DNA of 59,767 bases, counting the filler. It is 4 parts of 4 records of this genome, joined end to end, with 100 filler letters (N's around TTAATTAATTAA, not from the genome) between each part and the next. Parts side by side here need not be neighbours in the genome. Positions count along the whole stretch, not along the records: positions 43,637 to 59,767 come from DRR723986_12520; 3 more parts are not named here. One strand, given 5' to 3'. Positions 50,030 through 58,925 of the stretch are shown in pieces. Numbering within the stretch: position 1 is the first letter of the stretch; every line of letters starts with the position of its first letter. The notes beneath the pieces are model-generated. The model made no database searches and was not told the DNA's origin. It saw nothing but the letters and a program-made list of their open reading frames with translations. A program made the position numbers and the translations under genes.

Positions 50030-50489
50030 CGGCAGAACGGGTAGGTCCGCTCCGATACCCAGCATTCGAGAGCCCGAGCCCCTGCATCGTTCGTGAAGCA
50101 GAAATTGGGTTATGGACCTGAAAGAAGCGCGCAGCCATCCGACACTTCTTCCGGGATAGGTGCGCTGTCTCGGGTCGAACTCTGCCCATTGATCGCGCTC
50201 CTCGAGCACGCCGAGGGGATTTTCCTTCTCAGGGCGCCGCGGCCGGGATCGTTGCGAAGCCCGGGCCTTTGTCCCGGCCTCGTCGGCGCCGAATATCCAG
50301 CCTTCGTCGCGGGCGGTCATGGTTTCGGAGCCTGGCGCGGGTGGCATGACGGTCGCGTCGAGCAGGCGGGACCTTCTGCAGTGAGCTGCCCCAGCAGGGA
50401 TTGGAAGATGCGCAGCCTTTCGAGACTGACCTCGGGCGTCTCTTCGCCTGAGCCGTCGATGCCGATCTGGCGGTGGGGGCGTGGCGGGC

Positions 50490-53400
50490 TCATGGGGAGA
50501 TGCCAGCGATGGCGGGCCATTCCGGCAATGCCGCCAGCGCGTTGACGAGGCGCATCTGCTCGACCGTTTCGCAGCGGGTGTCGGGTAGGCGGGGGCTGGA
50601 AAAGACCAGTGCCAAGGCCTTGGCGCGCGACACCGCGACGTTCAGGCGGTTGCGCGACAGGAGGAACTCGAGGCCACGCGGGATATCCTCGGCGCTCGAT
50701 GCGGTCATCGAGACGAGGCAGACCGGGGCCTCCTGGCCCTGGAACTTGTCGACCGTGCCGACACGGACGCTCGCGGGCAGCGCGTCGCGCAGGGCGTTGA
50801 CCTGGGCGTTGTAGGGCGCAACGACGATGATGTCCTGTTCGCGCAGCGGGCGGGCGGGGCCGTCGTGCCATTGCCCTGCAAGCAAGCGCGCGACGGCGGC
50901 GAGTATGGCTTCGGTTTCCTCCGGCGCGGTCTGGGCATTGCCGGTGTGCGGGACTTCGACGCGGAAGGCGCCGGCCACGGGCAGACCGGGCGCGGTGATC
51001 CTGCGGGCGGCGGCGGTGTCATGGGCGGTGAGCTGGCCGTCGTAGAACCGATCCGAGACATAGGCACAGACATCGGGATGCATTCGGCGCGAGACGGGCA
51101 GGAAGATCCCGCGATCCGGTGCGACCGTGATGGCCTCGCCGAGCAGCCATTCGAGGCAGCTGAGGTTCGCCGGGTCGGGATGCGCGCCCTGTATCACCTG
51201 GGGCAGCTGGTTCGGGTCGCCGACGAGCACGATGTTATGGGCACAGCGCGCCATGGCGATGAGGTTGGCGAGACTGACCTGACCGGCCTCGTCCACCACC
51301 AGCGTATCGAACGCGGTTTCGAATTCGGGCCGGGAAAACAGGAACGCCGTTCCGCCGACGATATCGGAGGTAAACAGCTCGTCGTCCTGGTTGGTCTCGG
51401 CCACAGTGACGGGGCAGTCCTCGGGGTAACCGTGGTCGCGCCCGGTCTTGTGCACCATCGTCACCGTGTCGTCGATCTCCAGCGCGGCGACGCAACCCAT
51501 CATCAGGTTGCGCACGGCCTCATGGCTGTTGGAACTGACGGCAACGCGGCGCCCCTGGCGGACAAGGGCGAGGATCGCGCGCGCGGTGACATGCGTCTTG
51601 CCGGTGCCGGGTGGGCCTTGAATGGGCAGCACTGTGGCATCCATGGCAAGCACGGCGTCGCGCACGGCGGTCACAGGATCGTCGCGGGGGATGTCCTGCA
51701 GTGCCGTGCCGGTCAGGCGTGGCGGGGTCCGCGACAGCAGGTCGGTGATAGCGCGGTTGGCCTTTGTGCCGCATTGGTCGGCGATCACGGAGCGCAGGCT
51801 TTCGGCGATGACCGTGGTATTCAGCGGCCAGTCCGGCCCAAGATTCAGCCGGTCCGCCAGAAGGTCCGCCTTGGCCGCGCCGATCTTCAGCGTCAGGCGA
51901 CGGGCTCGGCGGTCCAGCGCGGTCAGGCTTGCCTTGGCGGGCGCGCCGTCCGGATCGGAGATCGTGACTTGGGCGCCTTCGCGGAGCTTCGTCTCTTGCT
52001 GCGGGTAGGTGTAATCGCGTTCGAAGGACCGTTTGACCGGGCGCGACGGGCCAAGCGCCGTCAGAAGGCCAAGCGCGTCAAGGTCGTCGAGCAGGTCCTC
52101 GCCTTCCTTCGCTGCCGTGTCGAAGACGGCCCATTGCGCCGGTTTTTGTTCGCGGGCGTGAAACAGCCCGAGGTCGGTCAGCATCGCGGCATCCGAGTGG
52201 CCCCCGGTCAACGCTTCCAACGCTCGGCGGTTCGGGTCGGGCAGTTCAGGCTCGGGTGCGGGCGTCCGCGGGCCGGTATATGTCCGCGGCGTGATCGTCA
52301 TCAACCAGTCGCGCAGCTCCTGTGTCGAGATGCAGTCGATGCGGTTGTACTCCTCGATCTCGTCCAGGATGGCTTGCTCGCCGCTTTCCAGCCAGCGTTC
52401 ATAGGCGACGATGGAGCCGCCCGCCGTCGTCACCTCGCCGTCGCGGGTGCGACCGTAGAAGGCCTCCATCGACTTGATGGAATAGTTCGGTTCCGACGCG
52501 ATCAACCCGCCGCGCACCACGGCATAGAGGTCGACGAAGCGCCCTTCGCGCAGGCAGAGATCGATGAATTCCTCTCCCACGCCGTATTTCGTGGTCAGCC
52601 GTTTCAGGGCGGTGATCTCGTAGGGCGCGTAGTGGTAGATATGCGCCATGGGACGCGCGTCGCGCGCTGCGCGGAAGCTATCCAGAAGGCGTTCCAGCGC
52701 GCGTTTCTCGGCGGCGTGGTCATGCGCCCAGAGAGCGGTGAAACCATCGGCGGACCACAGCCCGTGCAGATATTCGAGGCCGCCGGGCACATGCGGATCG
52801 CCCTCGATGTCGTAGAAGATGTCGCCCGGGTCCGGCTCCGGCAAGAGGTCGAAGCCACGCCCGGGTTCGGGGTCGCGCAACTCAAAGGACGGCATGCCGG
52901 TCCGTCGTGCAGTCTGCAGGCGAGCCTGTGTCGTCAGCCGGGCCAGCGTCGGCGCGGCGATGCGACGGACCGCTGCGGTGTTCGTCGCCAGTGCCGCCAT
53001 GGTGGTGATGCCCTGCGCCTCCAGCTTGGCCACCTGGCCCCGGGTGATGCCCGCGACGCGGTAGAGACTGTCCTCGGCCGCCCACTGGCGCTGGCAGTGA
53101 TCCGACCAACGGCAAAGCGAACAATCGGCGCAGGGCGCCGGGCGGGTCTGTTCCGGGGCGTCGAGGAAGGATTCCAGTCGCTTGCGGGCGCGCCGGGCAT
53201 AGGCGGTGTAATCGGCAAGGCGCAGGGAGGCACGCTCTCCGCTGCCGAGTTCGACATGGGCGCGTTCGGGCGGGGCGCCCTGCACGTCGGCCAACAGGTC
53301 CGAGTAGAGCACCAGTTGTAGCACGTGCTTCGGCGAGACGCGGCGCTTCAGCTTCGTGTCCGTGACCTCATAGCTGAAGGGGCCGAGGTTCGACGGCGTC

Positions 53401-53750
53401 TCGACCCGTTCGAGGAAATCCGACCAACCGCCCCAACGCCCCTGCGCCAGCGCGCCTTGGAAGACGACGGCGGGACCTTTCGCAAGGACAGAGCGCGTGT
53501 CCTGCGCGTTTTCCCAAAGGTCGCCGCGCTCGATCTCGACTACGTCGCCCGTGGCCTTCAACTCGGCGAGGTGAGCCGCCTCATGGGCATCGCCCTGTTT
53601 CTGCAACAGGGCGGTGTCGTCAGAGGCGGCATTCGGCACCAGGTTTGCACCGTTCAGGTAATCGAGGTCCAGCCGCGTGGCATGGGCGCAGCCCATGAAA
53701 CGCATGAGGTCGGTCGCGGACAAGAGTAGCGTGTCACCGTGGCGCTTCAT
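50490..53750 (-). CDS. TM0106-family RecB/Cas4-like nuclease + RNase H-like domain + SF1 (DNA2/UPF1-like) helicase fusion
   Basis: SDFL...DTKL, Q...Y, C..C..C.W...C, FYDIEG, QGPPGTGKT, VDEAGQ, GDPNQL, TVDKFQGQE, RLNVAVSRA. Confidence 0.9.
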   Translation of the reverse strand: MKRHGDTLLLSATDLMRFMGCAHATRLDLDYLNGANLVPNAASDDTALLQKQGDAHEAAHLAELKATGDVVEIERGDLWENAQDTRSVLAKGPAVVFQGALAQGRWGGWSDFLERVETPSNLGPFSYEVTDTKLKRRVSPKHVLQLVLYSDLLADVQGAPPERAHVELGSGERASLRLADYTAYARRARKRLESFLDAPEQTRPAPCADCSLCRWSDHCQRQWAAEDSLYRVAGITRGQVAKLEAQGITTMAALATNTAAVRRIAAPTLARLTTQARLQTARRTGMPSFELRDPEPGRGFDLLPEPDPGDIFYDIEGDPHVPGGLEYLHGLWSADGFTALWAHDHAAEKRALERLLDSFRAARDARPMAHIYHYAPYEITALKRLTTKYGVGEEFIDLCLREGRFVDLYAVVRGGLIASEPNYSIKSMEAFYGRTRDGEVTTAGGSIVAYERWLESGEQAILDEIEEYNRIDCISTQELRDWLMTITPRTYTGPRTPAPEPELPDPNRRALEALTGGHSDAAMLTDLGLFHAREQKPAQWAVFDTAAKEGEDLLDDLDALGLLTALGPSRPVKRSFERDYTYPQQETKLREGAQVTISDPDGAPAKASLTALDRRARRLTLKIGAAKADLLADRLNLGPDWPLNTTVIAESLRSVIADQCGTKANRAITDLLSRTPPRLTGTALQDIPRDDPVTAVRDAVLAMDATVLPIQGPPGTGKTHVTARAILALVRQGRRVAVSSNSHEAVRNLMMGCVAALEIDDTVTMVHKTGRDHGYPEDCPVTVAETNQDDELFTSDIVGGTAFLFSRPEFETAFDTLVVDEAGQVSLANLIAMARCAHNIVLVGDPNQLPQVIQGAHPDPANLSCLEWLLGEAITVAPDRGIFLPVSRRMHPDVCAYVSDRFYDGQLTAHDTAAARRITAPGLPVAGAFRVEVPHTGNAQTAPEETEAILAAVARLLAGQWHDGPARPLREQDIIVVAPYNAQVNALRDALPASVRVGTVDKFQGQEAPVCLVSMTASSAEDIPRGLEFLLSRNRLNVAVSRAKALALVFSSPRLPDTRCETVEQMRLVNALAALPEWPAIAGISP

Positions 53751-53764
53751 GGGGGCCTTTTGGG

Positions 53765-54148
53765 TCAGGCGGCGTCGAGCGCGTCGAGGATCTTGTCCAA
53801 TTGCGCGAGGGACGCGAGATTGATGCAGACAAGGTCACCCTGGGCAAGCTGCAGCATTGGCTTCATGGCGGAATGGCGTCCGAACTTGGCTGCAGGGTCG
53901 CGATTTGCGGCGGACCGCTTGTAATCGAAGTCCTGCGACAAAAGGCCGGCGACCCGCTCCTCCAACAACCAGAGGTTCGGCGGGCTCAGATCATCCTTCT
54001 GGAACATGATCTCGGTCGTCTTTCCCGAGGCGCCCTTGAAGACATAGCGGCAGGCCTTCGATCCCTGGTGCCGCGCGGGATGTTCCTGGCAAACGGCATT
54101 CAAACGTTGGATGATGGCGGATTTCAGCTCGGCGCGGGGCGTGGGCAT
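53765..54148 (-). CDS. Hypothetical protein (127 aa), first gene of the TM0106 operon
   Basis: ATG 54148 after the purine-rich AGAAAGAA; ends 14 nt upstream of the TM0106 start; GRHSAMK motif. Confidence 0.65.
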   Translation of the reverse strand: MPTPRAELKSAIIQRLNAVCQEHPARHQGSKACRYVFKGASGKTTEIMFQKDDLSPPNLWLLEERVAGLLSQDFDYKRSAANRDPAAKFGRHSAMKPMLQLAQGDLVCINLASLAQLDKILDALDAA

Positions 54149-54201
54149 CTGGTTCTTTCTTTGTGACGGGCACCGACTCGCGTGTCGGCCTCTCGATTGA
54201 T

Positions 54202-54232
54202 TAACTACGTTGCAACCAGGACAAAAGCTGTC
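54202..54232 (-). promoter_or_regulatory. Candidate WYL-regulator site and promoter (copy 1)
   Basis: Minus strand GACAGCTTTTGTC-CTGG-TTGC-AACG-TAGTTA. Confidence 0.55.
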
Positions 54233-54244
54233 ATGCATGTCGCC

Positions 54245-55213
54245 ATGTCCTACGATAAAGCCGCTGAATTGCTGAGACTCGCCCGCCTGTGCGCCGCATC
54301 GCGGCAGGGGATCACCTTTGCGCAGGTGGCCGAGGAGTTCGGCATGAGCCAGCGCAATGCAAAACGCATGGTGGATCGGCTGTGCGACCTGTTCGAGGTC
54401 GAGCGGCTGGAGGATGCAGAGCGGCGCGCGCGGTTTCGCATCCGCGAGGCACGCGAGATGGCGCTTCCCGAGAAGCCTGACATCACACTCGAGGCACTGA
54501 AACTGGCGCTCCGCGGATTGGAGGAGGGCTCGGCCCATGCGGTGGCGCTTGCGGACCTGCGCAACGCGGTGCTGGCACGGTTGGAACCCAACCGTGCGCG
54601 CAAGGCGGAATTGGATGCCGAAACGGTGTTGCAGGCATACGGCCACGTCGCCAGCCCCGGGCCACGCGTGCGCATTGCGCCAGACGTGATCGAGAGCATC
54701 GGCGAGGCTTTGCGCGGACCGTTCCAGTTGCGGATCGCCTACGGGGACAAACCGCCGCGCGTGGTGGAACCCTACGGCATCCTGCGCGGCGTGCGCGGCT
54801 ACCTGGTGGCGAAACAGCGCGAGAAGGGGGAGTTGCCGATCAAGTTCCGGCTGGACCTGATCCGCGAGGCGGAGGTCCTGAACGAGAGCTTCCTGCTCGA
54901 CGAGGGTTTCGACATTGCGGATTTCGCGGCCGAGGGTTTTGGCGTCTGGCACGATCCGAAGGAATCGAAGGAGGTCGTCTGGCGGTTTGTTCCCGAGGTC
55001 GCGGAGCGCGCGGCGGAGTTCGTCTTTCATCCCGGCCAGAGCACGGAGAAGCTGGAGGATGGCAGTTTGCTGGTGCGTTTCACCGCCTCGGGTTGGACCG
55101 AGATGACATGGTATCTGTACAAGTGGGGCGACAAGGTCGAAGTGCTGGAGCCGCCGGAATTGCGCGCGAAGGTCGCAGGTTACCAACGCTCCGACTTCGA
55201 AGCGCTGCCCTGA
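54245..55213 (+). CDS. WYL-domain transcriptional regulator (HTH-WYL-WCX)
   Basis: N-terminal HTH (VAEEFGMSQRNAKR), R.VEPYGI..YLVA, FRLDLI, WCX FHPGQ...WGDKVEVLEPPELR. Confidence 0.9.
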   Translation: MSYDKAAELLRLARLCAASRQGITFAQVAEEFGMSQRNAKRMVDRLCDLFEVERLEDAERRARFRIREAREMALPEKPDITLEALKLALRGLEEGSAHAVALADLRNAVLARLEPNRARKAELDAETVLQAYGHVASPGPRVRIAPDVIESIGEALRGPFQLRIAYGDKPPRVVEPYGILRGVRGYLVAKQREKGELPIKFRLDLIREAEVLNESFLLDEGFDIADFAAEGFGVWHDPKESKEVVWRFVPEVAERAAEFVFHPGQSTEKLEDGSLLVRFTASGWTEMTWYLYKWGDKVEVLEPPELRAKVAGYQRSDFEALP

Positions 55214-56454
55214 GACACGGCCGAAAGGACGTGATCGGCGAGCGTCTGGGCGGCAGCGCGCGGGTCTTGCATCGGGACTTCCAACAGGGTGACGGGGTGG
55301 CCCTCGGAGGTATGCAGGCGGTCGATGCGGTGGTCCGGAGTGTCGGTGGGGTAGATCAGCATGACGCTATCCGCAGCCCATGCCGAGCGGTAGGCGAGCA
55401 TCTGGTAGACGTCGGATTGCGCCACGCCGCGTTTCGGGTCGGACGGGCCTTCGAGGCGTTTCCATTTCGTATCGAGGATGTGCACTTCGGCATCGCGCCT
55501 GAGGACGATGTCCGGGTACATGGCGAAGACCCCTGCGCCGTCTCGCCTCAGGGCATATTTGCCGCCAGCTTGGAGGGTGACCGTCCATCCCAAGGGCGAC
55601 AGGCGGCGCTGAAGGATCAGGCCGACCCAGGCCTCGAACAGCAAGTTCATGCGGAACAAGAGCGCGATGCCCTCGGTCCGGCCGGTCGACGTGGTCTGGA
55701 AGTGCCGGTCGAGGAAGAGTTTCGCGCGGCGGCACAGCGGCGCGAAGCGCTTGGTCTGGCGGTCGAAAGCCGGCAATTTCACCGGCCCGCGTGGCAGGGG
55801 CGATGCGCCGTCGAGATGCATCAGCGCTTCGGACAGCGCACGGCGGCTGCTATCGCGGCGGCTGAGGCGCAACAGCAGCACGGAGGCGGCGCGTAGCAGG
55901 CGGTTGACCGGCGTATCGGGCAACCGCTCGTCGAAGCGGCAGGCGAGCCTGTCCTGCCGTCCGGCGCGCAGCGAAAACTGCCGCACCACGTCGAGCGATC
56001 CACGCAGCGCCTTCAGGTCGTCGTTTTGCGCGTAATACTGCTGCGGGGTGCCGCGGCGCAGCTGCTCCAGCAAGTCGGCGGCAAAGCGTGAAATCAGCAG
56101 CTCGAGCAGGTCGAGGCGCTGCGCATCCATGGCGGAGAGGTCGAGGGACGACAGGTCGAACCCCTCGACCATGGACAACATGTGGATCAGCCCGGCGCGC
56201 GTCGCGCCGTTGTCGCGGTCGACCTTGGGCAGGATCTCGAGGTGCGTCGCCCCAGAGGCCAGCACGCCCACGACCTGCTGGGCGCGCAGCCGCTTGCGCC
56301 CGTCGAGGAGGATCTTCTCGCCGTCCTCCGTCGCGGTCTTCAGCCCGAGCGCGGGGGCGGCGCGGTCGGCCAGATCCAGCAGCGCGTCGGCCTGCGGACG
56401 GGTCAGCGCATCGCCAAGGTCGACGTATCCCCATTCCCGGACGGTCAGCGTCAC
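55180..56454 (-). CDS. mcrC: McrC family restriction nuclease subunit
   Basis: LEILPK, D.P.NRLL, LF.MN.LFE, YPDIV...ILDTKWK, SDVYQMLAY; GTGA overlap with mcrB. Confidence 0.9.
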   Translation of the reverse strand: MTLTVREWGYVDLGDALTRPQADALLDLADRAAPALGLKTATEDGEKILLDGRKRLRAQQVVGVLASGATHLEILPKVDRDNGATRAGLIHMLSMVEGFDLSSLDLSAMDAQRLDLLELLISRFAADLLEQLRRGTPQQYYAQNDDLKALRGSLDVVRQFSLRAGRQDRLACRFDERLPDTPVNRLLRAASVLLLRLSRRDSSRRALSEALMHLDGASPLPRGPVKLPAFDRQTKRFAPLCRRAKLFLDRHFQTTSTGRTEGIALLFRMNLLFEAWVGLILQRRLSPLGWTVTLQAGGKYALRRDGAGVFAMYPDIVLRRDAEVHILDTKWKRLEGPSDPKRGVAQSDVYQMLAYRSAWAADSVMLIYPTDTPDHRIDRLHTSEGHPVTLLEVPMQDPRAAAQTLADHVLSAVSQGSASKSERW

Positions 56455-58916
56455 GCTTGCAGGCCTGCGTAGGCCTCGGCAGGGAATTCGGTGCGGACCG
56501 TGTAGCGGATGCGGGTTTCATCGGCGTCCATACCGGGCGGCACGGGCAGCGGATCGCAGGCGATGAATCCTTGTTTGGCGCCGCCAAGGCAGGCCACGAC
56601 GCGGGACCAGTCCTCGTGAAAGTACTCCGCCAGAAGCGGCAGCACCTTTCGGCGCATGACGGCGTCGATGTCGGCGCGGCTCTGGCATCCCATGAAGAAG
56701 GCATGCCCGATCAAGTGATCGCGGTCGGCGAGGTATTCGATGCGCGCGTTGAGGAGGCTCAGCAGGGTCGAGAGGTCGATCCCGTCGATGGTGCCCAGCA
56801 GGGCGGGGCGCGGCGGCATCTCGACGAAATGGAAGCGGCGGCGCAGCGCGGTGTCCAAGAGCGCGATGGAACGGTCGGCGGTGTTCATCGTGTCGAGGAT
56901 GTGCAGGTTGGCGGGCAGGGTGAAATCATCGCCGGAATAGGGCAGTCGGACCGAGACGGCATTGGCGCGCCCGCCGCGTTTGTCCTCCTCGAGCAGGGTG
57001 ATGAGCTCGCCGAAGACCTTGGAGATGTTGGCGCGGTTGATCTCGTCGATGACGAGGACGAAGGGGCGCTCGGACGGCCCCCGGCGCGGCGCGATGAAGG
57101 CGGCGATGGCGTCGAGCTTCAGCTCGTCGTGCTTCAGCCGATGCAGGGAGGGCATGACGAATGCCCCGTTGGTGATCTGTGTCCTGGGCAGGGCCTCGCC
57201 ATGCCACAGCCAATCTACGCGGCGACCCTGCGGGTAGCCGTTGTCGCGCTCGACGAACTCGTAATCGCCGGTGATGCGTCCTATGGCCCGAAAGGATGAG
57301 TTGCCCTGCGAGATGACGACCATGTCACCCTTGTTCATCTCGTTGCGGAAACGGTGGATGAAATTGGCGTGGGACGACAGCTTTTCAGCGTTCGGGAAGC
57401 GGTTCTGGAGCTCGGACACGATCTCTGGTTTCGACGCAAATCGCGGATCGCTCCAATCGTGATCCATGCCCCAGCCCAGTAGGACCAGACCTTCCTCGAT
57501 GCAGTCCTCGTAGATGTGAGCGTCGCTGCTTTTCGATGCTTCACCAAGGCTCATCTTCCAGAAGCTGGTCTTCCCGAGCGCCTGCACGGTGCCCGCATCC
57601 GCGGGGGCGTCGGGGACGGAGGTGGCCAGCGACGCGATCTCGCGCAGGGCGCCATGGCGCGGGACGAGGCGGAAGCCTGCCTCGCCGTCGCCGCCTTCGG
57701 GGCGCAGGCCTTCGACGAATTCCTCGTAGCTGTAGCTTTGATGAAAGGTGACGAAGCCGATGCGACCCTGCTCGTGCAGCGTGCTGTAGCGGTCGCGCAG
57801 GGCTTCGGGGGACAGCGCCTCGGCGGCAGCGCGTCCGTCGCAGATCGCCACGGCTTCGCGGAAGGTGGCATAGGTCTTGCCGGTGCCGGGGGGGCCGTAG
57901 AGGATCGTGTTCAGGGTCTGCATGGATGTGTCCTTCACGGCGGTGACGGCAGTTGCAGGGGGTTGTTCGGGCGGCGTGTCGGGAAAGGCGGGCGCTGTGC
58001 CTGCCGTAACGAACAGCAGGCTTTGTACGTCGACCATGTCGCGCGGCGGATAGCCCGCATCGGTCAGCGACTGCGCCCAAAGCCGGGCGAGGCGCAGTTC
58101 CTGCGAGTAAGCCTCGGCGGCGGGCAGGCTGGGCAGGGGGGTAGCAAAGCTCTGGTACCAGGTGGTCTTCAGGATCTCGGCCTTGAAGAAGATCGCGTCG
58201 GTCGGGTTGCAAAGGAACAAGAGGTACTCAGCCACCTGCCGCGCCGTGTCTCGCGAGGCGTCGGGCGTCAGTGCCAGCCAGTCGTCCGCGAATGTCGCCA
58301 GCGCCGCCGGGTGCTCCGTCGGGCGGTCGCGCGTCTCCAGAAGCGCGGCGAATACGCGACCGTGGGCGGCGCGGTTTTCCGAGGGGGAAAACAGGTCCTT
58401 CAGCCGCCAGTTTAGCAGGTTGGTGGCCCGGGCCGCCTCGGCCACGGCGTCGAGCACGGCCTCGTCGTGCCGTGCCTGACCCAATGCGCGCCGCAGGGCA
58501 TCCCCGGCGGCGCGTTTGAAGTCGCGCTCCTCCTCGTCGAAACCCGCGTGGCCGAACCCGGTCCAGCCCGGGAATTTCTGCCGAACCTGCGCCAGTTTTC
58601 GACGCAAGGCAGCCTGTAGAGGGTCTTCGAAGAGCGCGGTGATCAGCACGAGGTCCGCTTCGCGGCGCAGGTCCAGCGAGGGAGGCAGCGTTTCGGGAAG
58701 GCGCGCGGACAGAGCTGCATCCGGGGTCAGCCGTTGTCGCGTCGTCATGCCGAAGTGCCATGCGAGGCTGTCGCCCGACGCGGTGGCAAGGGTCAGTCGG
58801 TCCCCCTCGCGGCCACGCGGCGAGACGCCATAGGCGGCCAATGCCTCGGCCATGGCGTGGCGCAGAGGCGTCATCCCATCCTCGGGGAAGGCCGTGCGCG
58901 CGTCGTGCCAGTCCAT
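56451..58916 (-). CDS. mcrB: McrB family GTPase with inserted EVE/PUA-like domain
   Basis: GPPGTGKT, FHQSYSYEEFVEG, IDEINRANISKVFGELITLLE, MNTADRS, ALRRRF. Confidence 0.9.
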   Translation of the reverse strand: MDWHDARTAFPEDGMTPLRHAMAEALAAYGVSPRGREGDRLTLATASGDSLAWHFGMTTRQRLTPDAALSARLPETLPPSLDLRREADLVLITALFEDPLQAALRRKLAQVRQKFPGWTGFGHAGFDEEERDFKRAAGDALRRALGQARHDEAVLDAVAEAARATNLLNWRLKDLFSPSENRAAHGRVFAALLETRDRPTEHPAALATFADDWLALTPDASRDTARQVAEYLLFLCNPTDAIFFKAEILKTTWYQSFATPLPSLPAAEAYSQELRLARLWAQSLTDAGYPPRDMVDVQSLLFVTAGTAPAFPDTPPEQPPATAVTAVKDTSMQTLNTILYGPPGTGKTYATFREAVAICDGRAAAEALSPEALRDRYSTLHEQGRIGFVTFHQSYSYEEFVEGLRPEGGDGEAGFRLVPRHGALREIASLATSVPDAPADAGTVQALGKTSFWKMSLGEASKSSDAHIYEDCIEEGLVLLGWGMDHDWSDPRFASKPEIVSELQNRFPNAEKLSSHANFIHRFRNEMNKGDMVVISQGNSSFRAIGRITGDYEFVERDNGYPQGRRVDWLWHGEALPRTQITNGAFVMPSLHRLKHDELKLDAIAAFIAPRRGPSERPFVLVIDEINRANISKVFGELITLLEEDKRGGRANAVSVRLPYSGDDFTLPANLHILDTMNTADRSIALLDTALRRRFHFVEMPPRPALLGTIDGIDLSTLLSLLNARIEYLADRDHLIGHAFFMGCQSRADIDAVMRRKVLPLLAEYFHEDWSRVVACLGGAKQGFIACDPLPVPPGMDADETRIRYTVRTEFPAEAYAGLQA

Positions 58917-58925
58917 CCTGTCTCC

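Noticed and set aside
50865-53321. 818-aa plus-strand ORF, and similar long ORFs at 44599-46059, 47666-49675, 8390-9541 and 37209-38222
   Set aside because: Antisense shadows of motif-bearing genes in high-GC DNA, with no recognisable motifs.
53100-53750. Cas4-like nuclease suggesting CRISPR-Cas
   Set aside because: It is a domain of the TM0106 fusion; I found no repeat-spacer array or other cas genes.
54173-54188. CCGAC-N6-GTCGG palindrome as the WYL operator
   Set aside because: Single copy with no counterpart at the second promoter; more likely a 5' UTR hairpin.
53765-55186. 473-aa minus-strand ORF as one gene
   Set aside because: Most of it is antisense to the WYL gene; only the last 127 codons look like a real gene.
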